This document shows, one piece after another, positions 27,906 through 39,491 of a stretch of 64,000 bases of DNA. The stretch is from Callorhinchus milii. Lineage: Eukaryota. The translations under genes and the position numbers were made by a program. How positions within the stretch are numbered: the stretch's first letter is position 1; each line of letters begins with the position of its first letter. The stretch spans positions 1,116,001-1,180,000 of the forward strand of contig NW_024704743.1 in assembly GCF_018977255.1 (NCBI RefSeq). The letters are read 5' to 3'. The notes beneath the pieces are model-generated. The model saw nothing but the letters and a program-made list of their open reading frames with translations. It was not told where the DNA came from and ran no database searches.

Positions 27906-30109
27906 GTGCTGTCACAATACCCACTGTCACAGGATATCAATAATCTTTGCATTTGACACAGCGCCTTATCGGGTCTTCCGAACGTCGTCGAAACGTCTCA
28001 AAGGGCTTCACAGAACGTTGGCTGCAAAGTGCATCGACCTGTGTATTTTGCGGGAGAAAGGATTGGGTCTGATTTATGGTAATGTCCAGGAAAATAACTG
28101 CTTCACAAGAACGTCAGGAGAAGCGAGGGCTCCCTGCAGGTTTCCTGAGGTTGGGATGCCTCCACCCTTGCCTTTGCCGGGAGCGAAACCTGTGCCATAA
28201 TGCGTGATCCAGACCCGGATAAAGCAGTGTGAAAAGGCTGAGCCCTGATCTCTCACACCTCTCGGAACGATTCCGATAAGAAAACAAAGAAGGAGCGGCC
28301 ACATTTCCGCCGATTGGACGAGTCACTACCAAAGCGGCCGCAGATTGAGGATTGCATGGGCTTAACGTCTCATCCCGAAGGACGGCACCTCTGACAACTC
28401 AGCCCTCGCTGGCCCCCGGGCGCTGTATCGGAGCATCACCCTACAGCAACGACTTGTATTTACGTCGGGCCAGTGGGGGACACGTCTCAGAGCTGCCCAC
28501 GGTGGTGTGGTTGGACACTCAGCAAGGGGGAAGGGGGAAAATGGGGAGGTGACCATAGCGGTAGGTTCCAACATGGGGTTTGAAGATAATAAACAATCGT
28601 GGATTTGAGTGACCAAATTAGGATTTTTTTTTCAAGGGAAGGTGAGAGCGCGAGAGAGCGATCCGCCAAGTCGGCTAACAACCGGGTTCCTACTTACTGC
28701 TGGTGAACAGCGGCGTGTGCAGTAAGGAAACTTGTCTAAGCTTTCGCCCCGGCCCGGGAAGCCATCCCGGGTAAAGCTCACTTACCTTATCAAACGACGC
28801 CATGGGATCTTTAACGTCCACCTGGACAGGCAGATGGGTCTAAAGCCTCGTCATGAAAGGACGGCACCTCCGGCAATGCAACGCTCCCCACAGCATTGGA
28901 TTGGAGGGTCAGACCAGCGTTGGACCGCATGAGTTTCAAGACCCAATATGGAGTGTAAGTCATATGCGTTCCAAGTGAAACATGAATGAACGGGGAGTAG
29001 AGGTGATGGAGTGGGGGGGGGGGGGGGGGGGGGGGTTCGGTGGTGGTGGGGGGTGGGGGATGGAGAGGGAGGAGGTGGCATTTACAAGGGAATTAGATAA
29101 GCACATGGACAAGTGACAGAAACAGAGCTGGGAATTGGGATTAGGATAGAGGAACAAACTCCGACACTAATACAATGGACCGAATGACCTTCCTCTTCCT
29201 CCTCCTCCTCCTGTGCCGTAGCTGTCTGACCCGGAGAGCAGGAGAATCAGAGGCGCTTTAAAATAAAAGGAAAGGATGCAGGAAACGCACAGCGAGGGTC
29301 CCGTTCGTCCCACCTCTGAAGGCGGGAGAAGCCATTAACCTCTCCCTCATGCGCGACCCGTCATCAGACCTGAGCATTCCTCCGCTCTGTTCAGGACCCG
29401 CTCCCGCTCACAGCTGCCAGCTGACCCGCCAGACACACGCTGGCTTTACGACAGGTTACCCCACCGCCTGTGATAACACTGGTCACCAGTCCCGCAGCTC
29501 ACAGTGTTCCGGTATCAATCATTGGAAGTCCTGTAGCTCAGCGGTGAGAGCGCTCGCCTCGCCAAGGGAGAGGTCCTGGGCTCGATTCCCAGGCCAGGTC
29601 AGGGCGGACACACGCGCACACGCCTCTGTTTACCCAACGCTAAGTAGGAACCGAGTGTCGGATCGCTTTTCAGGGGCGAATAAATCCTTCCAAAAAAAAA
29701 AATAACGATAAAATAATAACGATGACGATCACTTCAACCCAAGGGCCGTTTGTGGGGGACGCCGCTGTGCGCAATCGGCTGCCGCGGTTCGCCCTCAAAA
29801 TATACAGTCAGTTCACTTTACGGTGTGGCCTGTGAAGCGCTTTGAGACGTCTCAAAGACGTGATCAGGCGCTGCATCAAATGCCGGGATTATTATCATTA
29901 TTATTTCTGGGAGAGAAAGGACACGACTGTTTGTAGGGGACATTGCGCTGTTCCAAATGGGCTCCCGTGCCTGCCTACCTACAAAACACATAGTCACTAC
30001 ACGTTATATCAATGCACTGTACAGGGTGTCCACAAAATTCTGTTACCCCCATATCCGTGTTTTTCCCCTACAGCACACGACCAACAACCGAAACACATGG
30101 AAGAATGAT

Positions 30110-33100
30110 GACAACAACAACAACAACAACAACAAGATTCCATTTATTGAGCGCCTTTCACGTCGGGAGGACGTCCCAAGGCGCTGTACAGTTGGGTCAG
30201 GACCCGAGCAGGGGGGAAATGGTCAGGGTGAGGGGAGGGAAGGGAGGGAGCGAGGAGGGGGTAGAGAGTCGAGAGGAGAGCTGAAGGTACGGTCAAAGAG
30301 AAAGGTCTTGAGACCGGCCTTGAAGGAGGAAAGGGAGGAAGCGGCGAAGGCACTGGGGGATAGAGTTCCAGAGCCTCGGGGCTGAGAGGCTGAAGGCCCG
30401 GCCACCGATGGTAGGGCGATTGGGGCGGGGGACGTGGAGCAGACCGGAGCCGGAGGGACGGAGGGTACGGGCAGGTAGGTAGGGGGATAGTAGGTCGGAG
30501 AGGTAGGAGGGAGCGAGGCCGTGAATGGCCTTGTAGGTGAGGATGAGGATCTTGAAATCAATCCTCTGGGGGATGGGGAGCCAGTGGAGGCGAGCGAGGG
30601 TGAGGGTGAGGGCGAGGGTGAGGGCGAGGGTGAGGGCGAGGGTGGGTGTGGTGTGGTCGCGGTGTCTGGTGCGGGACAGTACACGAGCTGCAGAGTTCTG
30701 AATGACCTGCAGTGTGGAGGGAGGGCCGGGAAGGCCGAAGAGGAGAGAGTTCCCATAGTCCAGCCTTGAGGTGATAAAGGCGTGGACCAGGGTTTCAGCC
30801 GCGTGAGGGGTGAGGTAGTGCCGTAGTCTGGCGATGTTCCGGAGGTGATGTTCCGGTTGTGGTGCGGATATGGGGGAGAAAGGACGGCTCAGGGTCGAGG
30901 GGAACCCCGAGGTTCCTGATGGCTTTGAGAGGTGGAGAGTGCGGAGCTGATGGTGTCAGCGCCTGAGGTGCGGAGGCGCTGACGTGAGCCAATCAGGAGG
31001 GCCTCGGTTTTTCGCACGTTGAGCTGAAGAAAGTTGTCTCTCGTCCAGGACTCGATGTCGGACAGGCAGCTGTCAGGACATCGGTGGTCGTGGAGTTGAG
31101 GGTAGAGGAGGAAAGGTAGAGTTGGGTGTCATCCGCATACATGTGGAAGTTAACCCCATGTCTGCGGATGATGTCACCAAGGGGGAGCATATAGAGGGTG
31201 AAGAGGAGGGGACCGAGGACAGAGCCCTGAGGGACACCGCACGAGACAGTGCGGGGGGGAGGAAAACCATTCGTGGAGACAAAGTGAAGACGGTGGGAGA
31301 GGTACGACCTAAACCACTCAAGGACAGTGCCTTGAAGGTTGAGGTGGGAGGACAAGCGGTGGAGGAGGATAGCGTGGTCGACCGTATCGAATGCTGCCGA
31401 TAGGTCGAGGAGGACGAGGAGGCAGAGGGAGCCCTGGTCACAGATGGTCAGGATGTCATTGGTGACCTTGACCAGGGCAGTTTCTGTGCTATGGGCAGCA
31501 CGGAAACCCGACTGAAGGGGTTCGAATAGTGAATGGGTGGAGAGGAAAGAGCGCAGCTGGGAGGCGACAACTCTTTCCAGGACCTTGGAGAGGAAGGGGA
31601 GGTTGGAGATGGGCCGGTAGCTTGATAGCTGCGACGCATCAAGGGAGGGTTTTTTTAAGGTGGGAGTGATGGTGGCAGTTTTTAAGGAATGGGGACAGAG
31701 CCAGAGGAGAGGGACAGGTTGACGATGTCTGTGATATGTGGGGCAAGAAAGTGGAGCTGGGAGATAAGGAGTGGAGTGGGGATGGGGTCAAGGGAGCAGG
31801 TGGTTGGTTTCAGGGATAGGATGAGTTCTGTGACAGAGGGTGGGGAAACGGGTACGAAGGTGTGTAGGGGAGGATGGGTAGGAGTCGGAGTGTGGGAGGG
31901 AAGGGGTGGGTGGTGGGTGGATGTTGGAGGGGAAGTGACCGCGGAGCGGATTCCCTTGATCTTGGATTCAAGGAAATCCAGCATCTCCTCGCAGTGAAGG
32001 TTGGAGGAGATGACCTGCGCGGGGTGGCGGGGGGGACGGAGGAGTCGGGATGTGGTAGAGAACAGTAGCCTGGGGTTGTTCTTCGCCTCCAGGATTATCC
32101 TGGAGTAGAAGGACGACTTGGCCGAGGCTAGAGTGGAGCGGTAGATTTTGAGGAGGTCCAGCCAGATTTGTCGGTGGACCGTTAGGCCAGATTTGACAGG
32201 TGCGTTCAGCAGCCCGCACCTGGCTTTCAGTGAGCGGAGGTGGGTGGTGAACCAGGGGGAGGAGCGAGAGTAGGAGACAGTACGGGAGGTGATGGGGGCA
32301 AGAGTGTCGAGTGTGGAGGAGAGGGTATTGTGGAGGAGGGAGAGAGGAGAAGAGGGGTCGGTGAGGGTTGAAGGCCAGAGGGAGAGGAGTTCAGAGGACT
32401 CCAAGGCAGCGGTTAGGGATTGTGGGGGTAACTTCTTCCAAGGGCGGTAGAAGATGGTGGTGGGTCTGGTGGAGGTGGGTGGAGGTGGTGAAGGAGATGA
32501 AGTGGTGGTCGAGATGGCCTTGTCGGTGATAGTGACATCCGAGACACTGAGGCCCCGGGTGATCACCAAGTCGAGTGGGTGGCCGTGACTGTGAGTGGGG
32601 GAGTTGATGTGGAGGGAGAGGTTGAGTGAGGAGAGCAGGGAAGAGAAGTCAGAGGAGATGGAGCAGGAGGGGGTGAAGTGCAGGTTAAAGTCGCCCAGGA
32701 TGATGAGGCGATCAGAGATGTGAGGAGTGTTGAAATGTCAGAGATGAAGGTGGGGGAGGTTTTAGGGGCCGGTAGAGGAGGAGGATTTTAAGTGAGAGGA
32801 AGGAGGGGTGGGAGAGGGTGAGGTGCTCAAAAGAGGGGAAAGAGCCAGTGGAGTAGGGGGATAGGGCAAGTGGTGTCCTTGAGATAAGGGCAACACCACC
32901 GCCACGGCGGTTGGGGCGGGGGATGTGGTGGGAGGTGTAGCCGGGTGGCGTGGCCTCCGTGAGGGGGAAGGTGTCGCCTGGGGTGAGCCAGGTTTCTGTT
33001 AAGGCCATAATGTCAACGCTCTCATCAAGGATGAGATCGTTGATGACCAGGGCCTTGTTGCAGAGGGAGCGGACATTTTGCAGTCCGATGTGGAGGGAGC

Positions 33101-33160
33101 GGTTGACAGAAGGGTGTGTGGGAGGGGAGGGGGGTCCAGGTTGTGAGGCAGGGGTGGGGG
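30110..33160 (-). mobile_element. L2-clade LINE with near-complete, frameshifted ORF2 (APE endonuclease + reverse transcriptase)
   Basis: Endonuclease motifs LQNVRSLCNK and [21 protein letters not shown] motifs [13 protein letters not shown] and [10 protein letters not shown]. Ends in a (TTG)n tail near 30110-30133. The reading frame is split over several ORFs. Confidence 0.93.
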
Positions 33161-33279
33161 ATGGGGATGAGGGAGGAGAGGTGGGCTCCCCGGGTCTGTG
33201 TCCGGGGTGGCTGGCGAGTGTGGTGGGGAATGGGGCAGTCGGTGCGGCCGCTGCCGGACAGCCAACGCCGAGTGCCGCG

Positions 33280-33682
33280 GTGAGCCCTGGGTGGGTGGGA
33301 GTGGGGGGGTTGGGGGGGGCTCTGAGCCCTGGGTGGGTGGGAGTGGGGGGGGTTTGGGGGGGTCTCTGAGCCCTGGGTGGGTGGGTTGGGGGGGGGCTCT
33401 GAGCCCTGGGGGGGGTGGGCTCTGAGCCCTGGGTGGGTGGGTTTGGGGGGGGGGGTGGGTGGGGGGGGCTCTGAGCCCTGGGTGGGTGGGAGTGGGGGAG
33501 TTGGGGGGGGGTCTCTGAGCCCTGGGTGGGTGGGTTGGGGGGGGGGCTCTGAGCCCTGGGTGGGTGCCCTGGGGGGGGTGGGCTCTGAGCCCTGGGTGGG
33601 GTGGGGTGGGGGGGGGTGCCCTGGGGGGGGGGCTCTGAGCCCTGGGTGGGTGGGTTGGGGGGGGGGGGGGGGCTCTGAGCCT
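33280..33682. repeat. G-rich minisatellite GGGCTCTGAGCCCTGGGTGGGT at the 5' end of the L2 element
   Basis: About a dozen variable units with poly-G runs. Confidence 0.9.
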
Positions 33683-34286
33683 TGATCACTAAGAGCAACA
33701 CCTACGGGCTAATTTACTTCCTCTCGCGAGTCAGTTCCCTTGTGGGTGGCTTGTAATCACACCTCCTGTTGTCTTCCTTGGTTCCCTTCTTCAGCAGCTG
33801 AAGATTCTTTCAGATTCAACCAAGTTTAACGAAGCTTGTGGGTCGGGCTGGTTCCATCATGGACCAGTCATGGATTGAGTGACCGGGTTATTATTCCTCT
33901 GTTTTTTTGAAAGTTGTGTGTGTGTGTCTACGAGTACGCACGCGTACACTGTGTGTGTCCGTGCAGCACGCGTGTAATTGTAGGCAGGTGAATGTAGAGG
34001 ATATGTCTATGTGGGTGTGTCTCGAGTGAATCCAATAGAACGCACAGCACAGAAAGAGGCCATTCGGTCCAACTGGTCTACGACGGTGTTTATGCTCCAC
34101 ATGAGCCTCCTCCTGCCCTTCCTCAACTAAGCCTTCAAGCCTAACCTTCTATTCCTTTCTCCCTCACGTACCTGTTTAGCTTTTCCGTAAATACATCTAT
34201 GCTGTATGAGTGTACGGCGTATATGTGGGTGTGTTGACGAGTTCTCTGTAATAACATAGAAGAGGATCAAACATCATTAAAGAGCA

Positions 34287-34292
34287 TTTATT
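34287..34292 (-). terminator. Candidate CYP8B1 poly(A) signal
   Basis: AATAAA about 1 kb after the stop; a second one lies near 34330. Confidence 0.5.
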
Positions 34293-35263
34293 GAGAACCA
34301 CACCGTTTGGTTTAAGCAAGCCAGGACCATTTATTTCATCTCAAGACTCTGAACGTGTCGAATAGCGTGGCGAGCCGGGCTGAACGAATGGAGAGCTCAC
34401 TGAGGAGTTAAGCGTAGAGTGTTGTAGCCTCGGTCGGAAACCTTTAGGTCATCGCTCGGCTGGCTCTCCAGTGCAGGAGCAACAACATCAGCAACAGCAA
34501 CAAATGGAGTACCGTTGAGGAGGAGGTGTGTGGAGTCAAGTGTCGTCTTGTGCACTCGAATGAGACATTCATAAAACTGAGGTCTTTGGGACCAGTACTT
34601 GTTGCATTCCACATAGACTTAAAACAATGCCCTCCTTTCTGGTCCCCCCCCCCCCCCACCCCCCCGAGTTGAAATGCTCCAACTCCCTCATCACCCAACT
34701 GCCTCGTTATCTCCCTCCCAGCAGAACGATTCCAAATGTAACCCAGCCTCGCAAAGCAAATTCATCCAACTCCCTCTTTACCTGTCCGATCTTCTCCTGC
34801 CCTTCTACTCCGTCGCTTGCTGGTGATGTTGTCGCACGTTTTGGGAAAACCGTTCCGCGATGGGATTCGGAAAGCGTTAAGGGGTTCATTCGTATCCTAC
34901 ACACAGATCCGTTGCTCTTCGATGAACCTTTGTGGTGCAAAGCGGTCTGACAAGTAATGTGGAGGAATATGGAAGCATAGGAATGGTGGCCAAAGAAACA
35001 GCCGTCGTAGTGCACGATTAAAAAGTTATCTGGGGAAGGGATTTGCGGCCAGACGACTCGCTTCTCTGTATTTTTTCGAACAGCATCAGCGGATCTTTAT
35101 CGCGGCCGAGCAACCGCAACCAGGTTGGCCTCTTGGCTTTTAAAAATATAGAGCTTCGAGAAAGCTGGGAAGTGTGCCGAAAAAAGACTTTGCCGTGCGA
35201 TCGAGCAGAAAGCGAGCGGAAAAAGGACCGGGGGGAAAAAAAAATAACGTAAATGGACCCGGG

Positions 35264-36490
35264 TTAGAATCTGAAGCGATATCGGAACTGTACCTCCCGG
35301 GTGGGCTGCATGGCCCCAAAACCCCAACGCTTGCAGTCGATCTCGGGGATCTCCTCGTCGGGATTCACCAGCTCGATGTCAAAGAGGCTTAACATCAGGA
35401 AGATAAACTGCTTGAGCTCGTTCATGGCAAAGAACCTGCCGGGGCACATACTGACCCCGGACCCCCACGGCATGTTGTAATAGTTGACCTTCTGCCCGCC
35501 TTTGTAAAAGAGGGTCTTCTTGGTCCCGTCCGGGTTCAGGAAACGGTCGTACCTGAAGGTGCCGGGCTCCGGGTGGATCTCGGGGTTAATGTGGGCGGAG
35601 AGGTAAGGGAACAGAGCCAGTCGGTCGCCCTTCCTCAAAGCGTACTCCCTCCCGTCCGCCATCTTCAGCATCATGGCCTTGACCACGGAACGGATCAGGA
35701 CGGGGGCAGTCGTCAGCCGCAGGTTCTCATCGATGGCGCTGTCCAGAGTGGGCAACCCGAGCTGTATGTCCTTGGCCAGCTTGCCCAGATTGAGTTCAGT
35801 CCCAGGTTCCTGCCCCGACTCCCTCACCAACTGGTCCACCTCAGCCCGCACTGCGCGCAAGGCTTCGGGGTGCTTGAGCAGGAAGAGGAGCAGCCAGAAC
35901 GAGGAGGGTCCTGTGTTTCCCTGGGAAGCCCAGAGCAGAATAAACATGTATCTGTTCTGCATGATGTGGTCCACTCCATACTCGTCCATCTGCCGCTGAC
36001 GCTCTTCGATCCAGGAGCTGATATTCACCTTGGTGTACATCTTCTTGATTGAGAGCAAGTCCCAGAAAAAACTCTTGAGCCTCTTGGCTTGCAGCCACTG
36101 CTTGGGGGATTCTATGGAATAGGCCAGGATCGGGAAGAGCTGGTCGTACTTCCTGAACTGGGTGAAGAGCTCCTCCGAGCCTATAATGTCCGCCTCCTTG
36201 GCGGACTGCTCCCCCTGCTCGTCGGTTGCCTCCACCCCGAACAGGGCCAGGTAGCCGGCTCTGAACAACAGGTTGTAGGAGTACTCGAACAGCCCGGCCA
36301 CTTGCCATTCGCCCTGCGCCCCCTGGCCCACCTTGGAGAGCATCAGGTTCTGCAGGTGCTTCAGCATTGACTTGCTCAAGCCTGTCAACCCGTCTCCCAT
36401 CAGGTGCTTGTTGCTGAGAATTTTCAGGAGCTGGTTGTCGTTCTCCAAAGCGTGGTAGTTAAAGACAGTGGCCACTAGCTGTTTGGCGAA
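35264..36490 (-). CDS. CYP8B1: Sterol 12-alpha-hydroxylase CYP8B1; intronless here, 5' part missing in the assembly gap
   Basis: I-helix LWASQGNTGP, ExxR motif (ENLR), FRYDRF and heme motif PWGSGVSMCPGRFFA; ends RWGFGAMQP..RYRFRF. The frame stays open up to the Ns, so roughly 90-100 N-terminal residues are not visible. Confidence 0.93.
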   Translation of the reverse strand, partial: FAKQLVATVFNYHALENDNQLLKILSNKHLMGDGLTGLSKSMLKHLQNLMLSKVGQGAQGEWQVAGLFEYSYNLLFRAGYLALFGVEATDEQGEQSAKEADIIGSEELFTQFRKYDQLFPILAYSIESPKQWLQAKRLKSFFWDLLSIKKMYTKVNISSWIEERQRQMDEYGVDHIMQNRYMFILLWASQGNTGPSSFWLLLFLLKHPEALRAVRAEVDQLVRESGQEPGTELNLGKLAKDIQLGLPTLDSAIDENLRLTTAPVLIRSVVKAMMLKMADGREYALRKGDRLALFPYLSAHINPEIHPEPGTFRYDRFLNPDGTKKTLFYKGGQKVNYYNMPWGSGVSMCPGRFFAMNELKQFIFLMLSLFDIELVNPDEEIPEIDCKRWGFGAMQPTREVQFRYRFRF

Positions 36491-36515
36491 NNNNNNNNNN
36501 NNNNNNNNNNNNNNN
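36491..36515. other. Assembly gap (25 N)
   Basis: N run. The real gap must be longer because the CYP8B1 5' CDS does not appear beyond it. Confidence 0.97.
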
Positions 36516-37533
36516 AAGATAAAGCCTTATAATATCAAAAATAATATCAAAAGTATAACATCTTTCGCCATCGTTAGCAATAATCCCGGCATCTGACATA
36601 GCGGTTAGGTAACCCATAGAGTCTAAGATGACGTTCCATTGCAGCGCTGGGGTGGGGGTGAACTATATCGTTGGAGGTGCCATCGTCGGTGTGAGTGGTC
36701 AAACTGAGATCCCGCCTGTACCTGTCACCCAGTGCGTAGAGCCCTCTAACCAATTCCGACGCCGTGTTTGTTCAAGTGGACGTTATTCGAAAAGAGAAGG
36801 GAGTTTTTCTCTCTCTCTCTCTCTCTCTCCGGTGTCTTGGCCAACAATCCCCCAGATAAAATTGGTCGCTCGCTCCGAGGCTGTTTGTGGGACATTGCCG
36901 TGCGCAAACTGGCTGCTGCTGTTTTGCCCACAGAATAGTCAATCCACTCTACAGCGTATCCCGTGAAATGTTTTCAGACGACTTGATGACGCGGTGAGGC
37001 GCTCTATCGAATGCAAGGATTGCAAGGATTAATCCCTCTCCGGGTGGAGGGATTGTAACAACCCAGAGAGTTTCACACCCTTGTTTTAGAGTGTGAACAG
37101 AGGCCTTGGCTTTATGTCCAGAGCAATAGTGTGCAGTTCTGGTTGCCATACAGTGATTATAATAGTAATCTTTAAATGTAATATTACGCCTTTCGTGCCT
37201 CAAAGCACTTCACAGGATTTTGTAGGTAATTGAGAGAGCGAAAGGACCTGGGTTCGATCCCCGGGCGAAACGTTGGCCAAGTTTCCTAGAAGGAGGTTGT
37301 GATCTAAAAGAGGGGGAAGAAGGGGGCAAGGCGGAGGCTTTGGGGGGTGAGAGCGTTCCAAAGCTTCATTTGGGCTCTATTGCGGCACGAGGTCGAAATC
37401 CTTGAGGAGTCGATGAACGCAAACGTTTCCCCGTAGCCTTATGATCTATTGCAGGGTGATGCACCCCCTTCACACACATTCATTTCAAGAAGGGAACCCA
37501 GTCTGTTCCCTCCTGATCAAACCACAAGTCGCC

Positions 37534-37568
<35 letters not shown>

Positions 37569-38441
37569 TCCTTGCTATTAATGCAGCGCCTGAGCACGTC
37601 TTTGTGGCGTCTCGAAGCGCTTCACAGGATATACGGTAAAGTGTAATGACTGCGTATTTTGTGGGCAAAACGCAGCAGCCGATTGAGCACAGCGGCGTCT
37701 CACAGAAGGTCGTGGGTTGCGTGACCCAATTTGTTTTTGAGGAATTATTATCCTGGAAAGCAATCTACTGATCGACTAACAACTGTTGATAAAATGTGTA
37801 TGAATAAGTCACCAAAGAGTAAATATTTTTTCAATGTGTAAGGTACACATGCAGTGATGACCTTGCAATCAGTGAGATAATAATAATAATAATCCTTGCA
37901 TTTGATACGGCGCCTTATCACGTCTTCGAGAGACGTCTCAAAGCGCTTCACAGAATAGACTGTAAAGTGAATTGACTGTATTTTGTGGGCGAAATTTCTC
38001 TGGAGTTCTCGGTCTCACTGGGGTTACTCCGTGCCGATGGCTACAATAATTAACCTGTCGTGGAGCAAGAGTTCCAGAGTCTGATTCAGCAGTAAATACT
38101 TCACTGACGTCCCTGTCCTTTCAGCATTTTACAAGATTATTCTCGGTCGTGCTGCTTTCACTGGAAATTCACCCAATGCTTTGTGAACACGGTCACCCGA
38201 GAATTTCAGAACTTTTTTTTCAATCACGAGGTGGTAATGCACCTGCCGGCCCGTGACAACAACAACTTGGATCTATATGGCGTCCTCCACGCCGGACGGC
38301 ATCTCAGAGACAAATCCTGTGACATCCATGAGAGAAAACTGAAGGGTTTTGCCCACAAGGAAAGGCGTTCGCTTTAATAAATACACAGTCACAAGATCGG
38401 TTTTGCACAAAGAAGGCCCCTTGGTCCATCTGAATCCACTT

Positions 38442-38982
38442 CCAACAACAACAACAACAAGATTTCATTTATAGTGCGCCTTTCATGTCGGGAGGCCGTC
38501 CCAAGGCGCTGGACAGTTGGGTCGGGACCCGAGCATTGGGGGGGGGAATGGTCAGGGTGAGGGGAGGGAAGGGAGGGGGTGAGGAGGGGGTAGAGAGTCG
38601 AGAGAGGAGCTGAAGGCACGATCAAGGAGAAAGGTCTTGAGACCGGCCTTGAAGGAGGAAAGGGAGGAGGCGGCGACGGCACTGGGGATAGAGTTCCAGA
38701 GCCTCGGAGCTGAGAGGCTGAAGGCCACCGATGGTAGGGCGGTTGGGGCGGGGGATGTGGAGCAGACCGGAGCCAGAGGAACGGAGGGTACGGGCGGGTA
38801 GGTAGGGGGATAGTAGGTCAGAGAGGTAGGAGGGAGCGAGGCCGTGAATGGCCTTGTGGGTGAGGATGAGGATCTTGAATTTGATCCTCTGAGGGATGGG
38901 GAGCCAGTGGAGGCGAGCGAGGGCGAGGGTGGGAGTGATGTGGTCGCGAAGCCTGGTGCGGAACAGAGACACGAGCCCTGCA
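38442..38982 (-). mobile_element. 5'-truncated L2 copy
   Basis: Closely matches 30110-30690 (DHITPTLALARLHWLPIPQRIKFKILILT). Similar fragments lie at about 40870-41240, 49835-50243 and 60240-60610. Confidence 0.88.
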
Positions 38983-39284
38983 AACTTGTCCTCCTCAAAA
39001 AATGATCTATTTCTCTCTTGATAAGCTGTTGTCAGAATGGATTCCAGAACCAAAGAACTCAGATAGGATACGGTGATAAGGCACGACATCAAAACACGGA
39101 GTGTTTCGTATATAATTCTGAACGTTCATTTGCAAAGGCGTTTCACATGGTAATGTTATCAAGATCTTTAACATACGACCTTCTGGCTGAAATAAAATAC
39201 ACAGTCACTACACTTTACGGTCTATCCTGTGAAACGCTTTGAGGCGACTCGAAGACGTGATAAGGCGCCATATCAAATGTAAGG

Positions 39285-39328
<44 letters not shown>

Positions 39329-39460
39329 GACGGCCGCTATAAGAATATAAATGTAAATGGTAATCCATTGTAAGTAAAACTCACTGCATTTCAAGAAAGA
39401 GTTCCTTAAACCCAGAATGTTTTTCCTCTTTAAGGAATGCTGCAGGGAATGTCTTGCTGA

Positions 39461-39491
<31 letters not shown>

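Noticed and set aside
35264..36490. CYP8B1 as a truncated pseudogene, or as PTGIS/CYP7A1
   Set aside because: The truncation coincides with the N gap and the frame is intact. The intronless structure and position next to ACKR2 fit CYP8B1.
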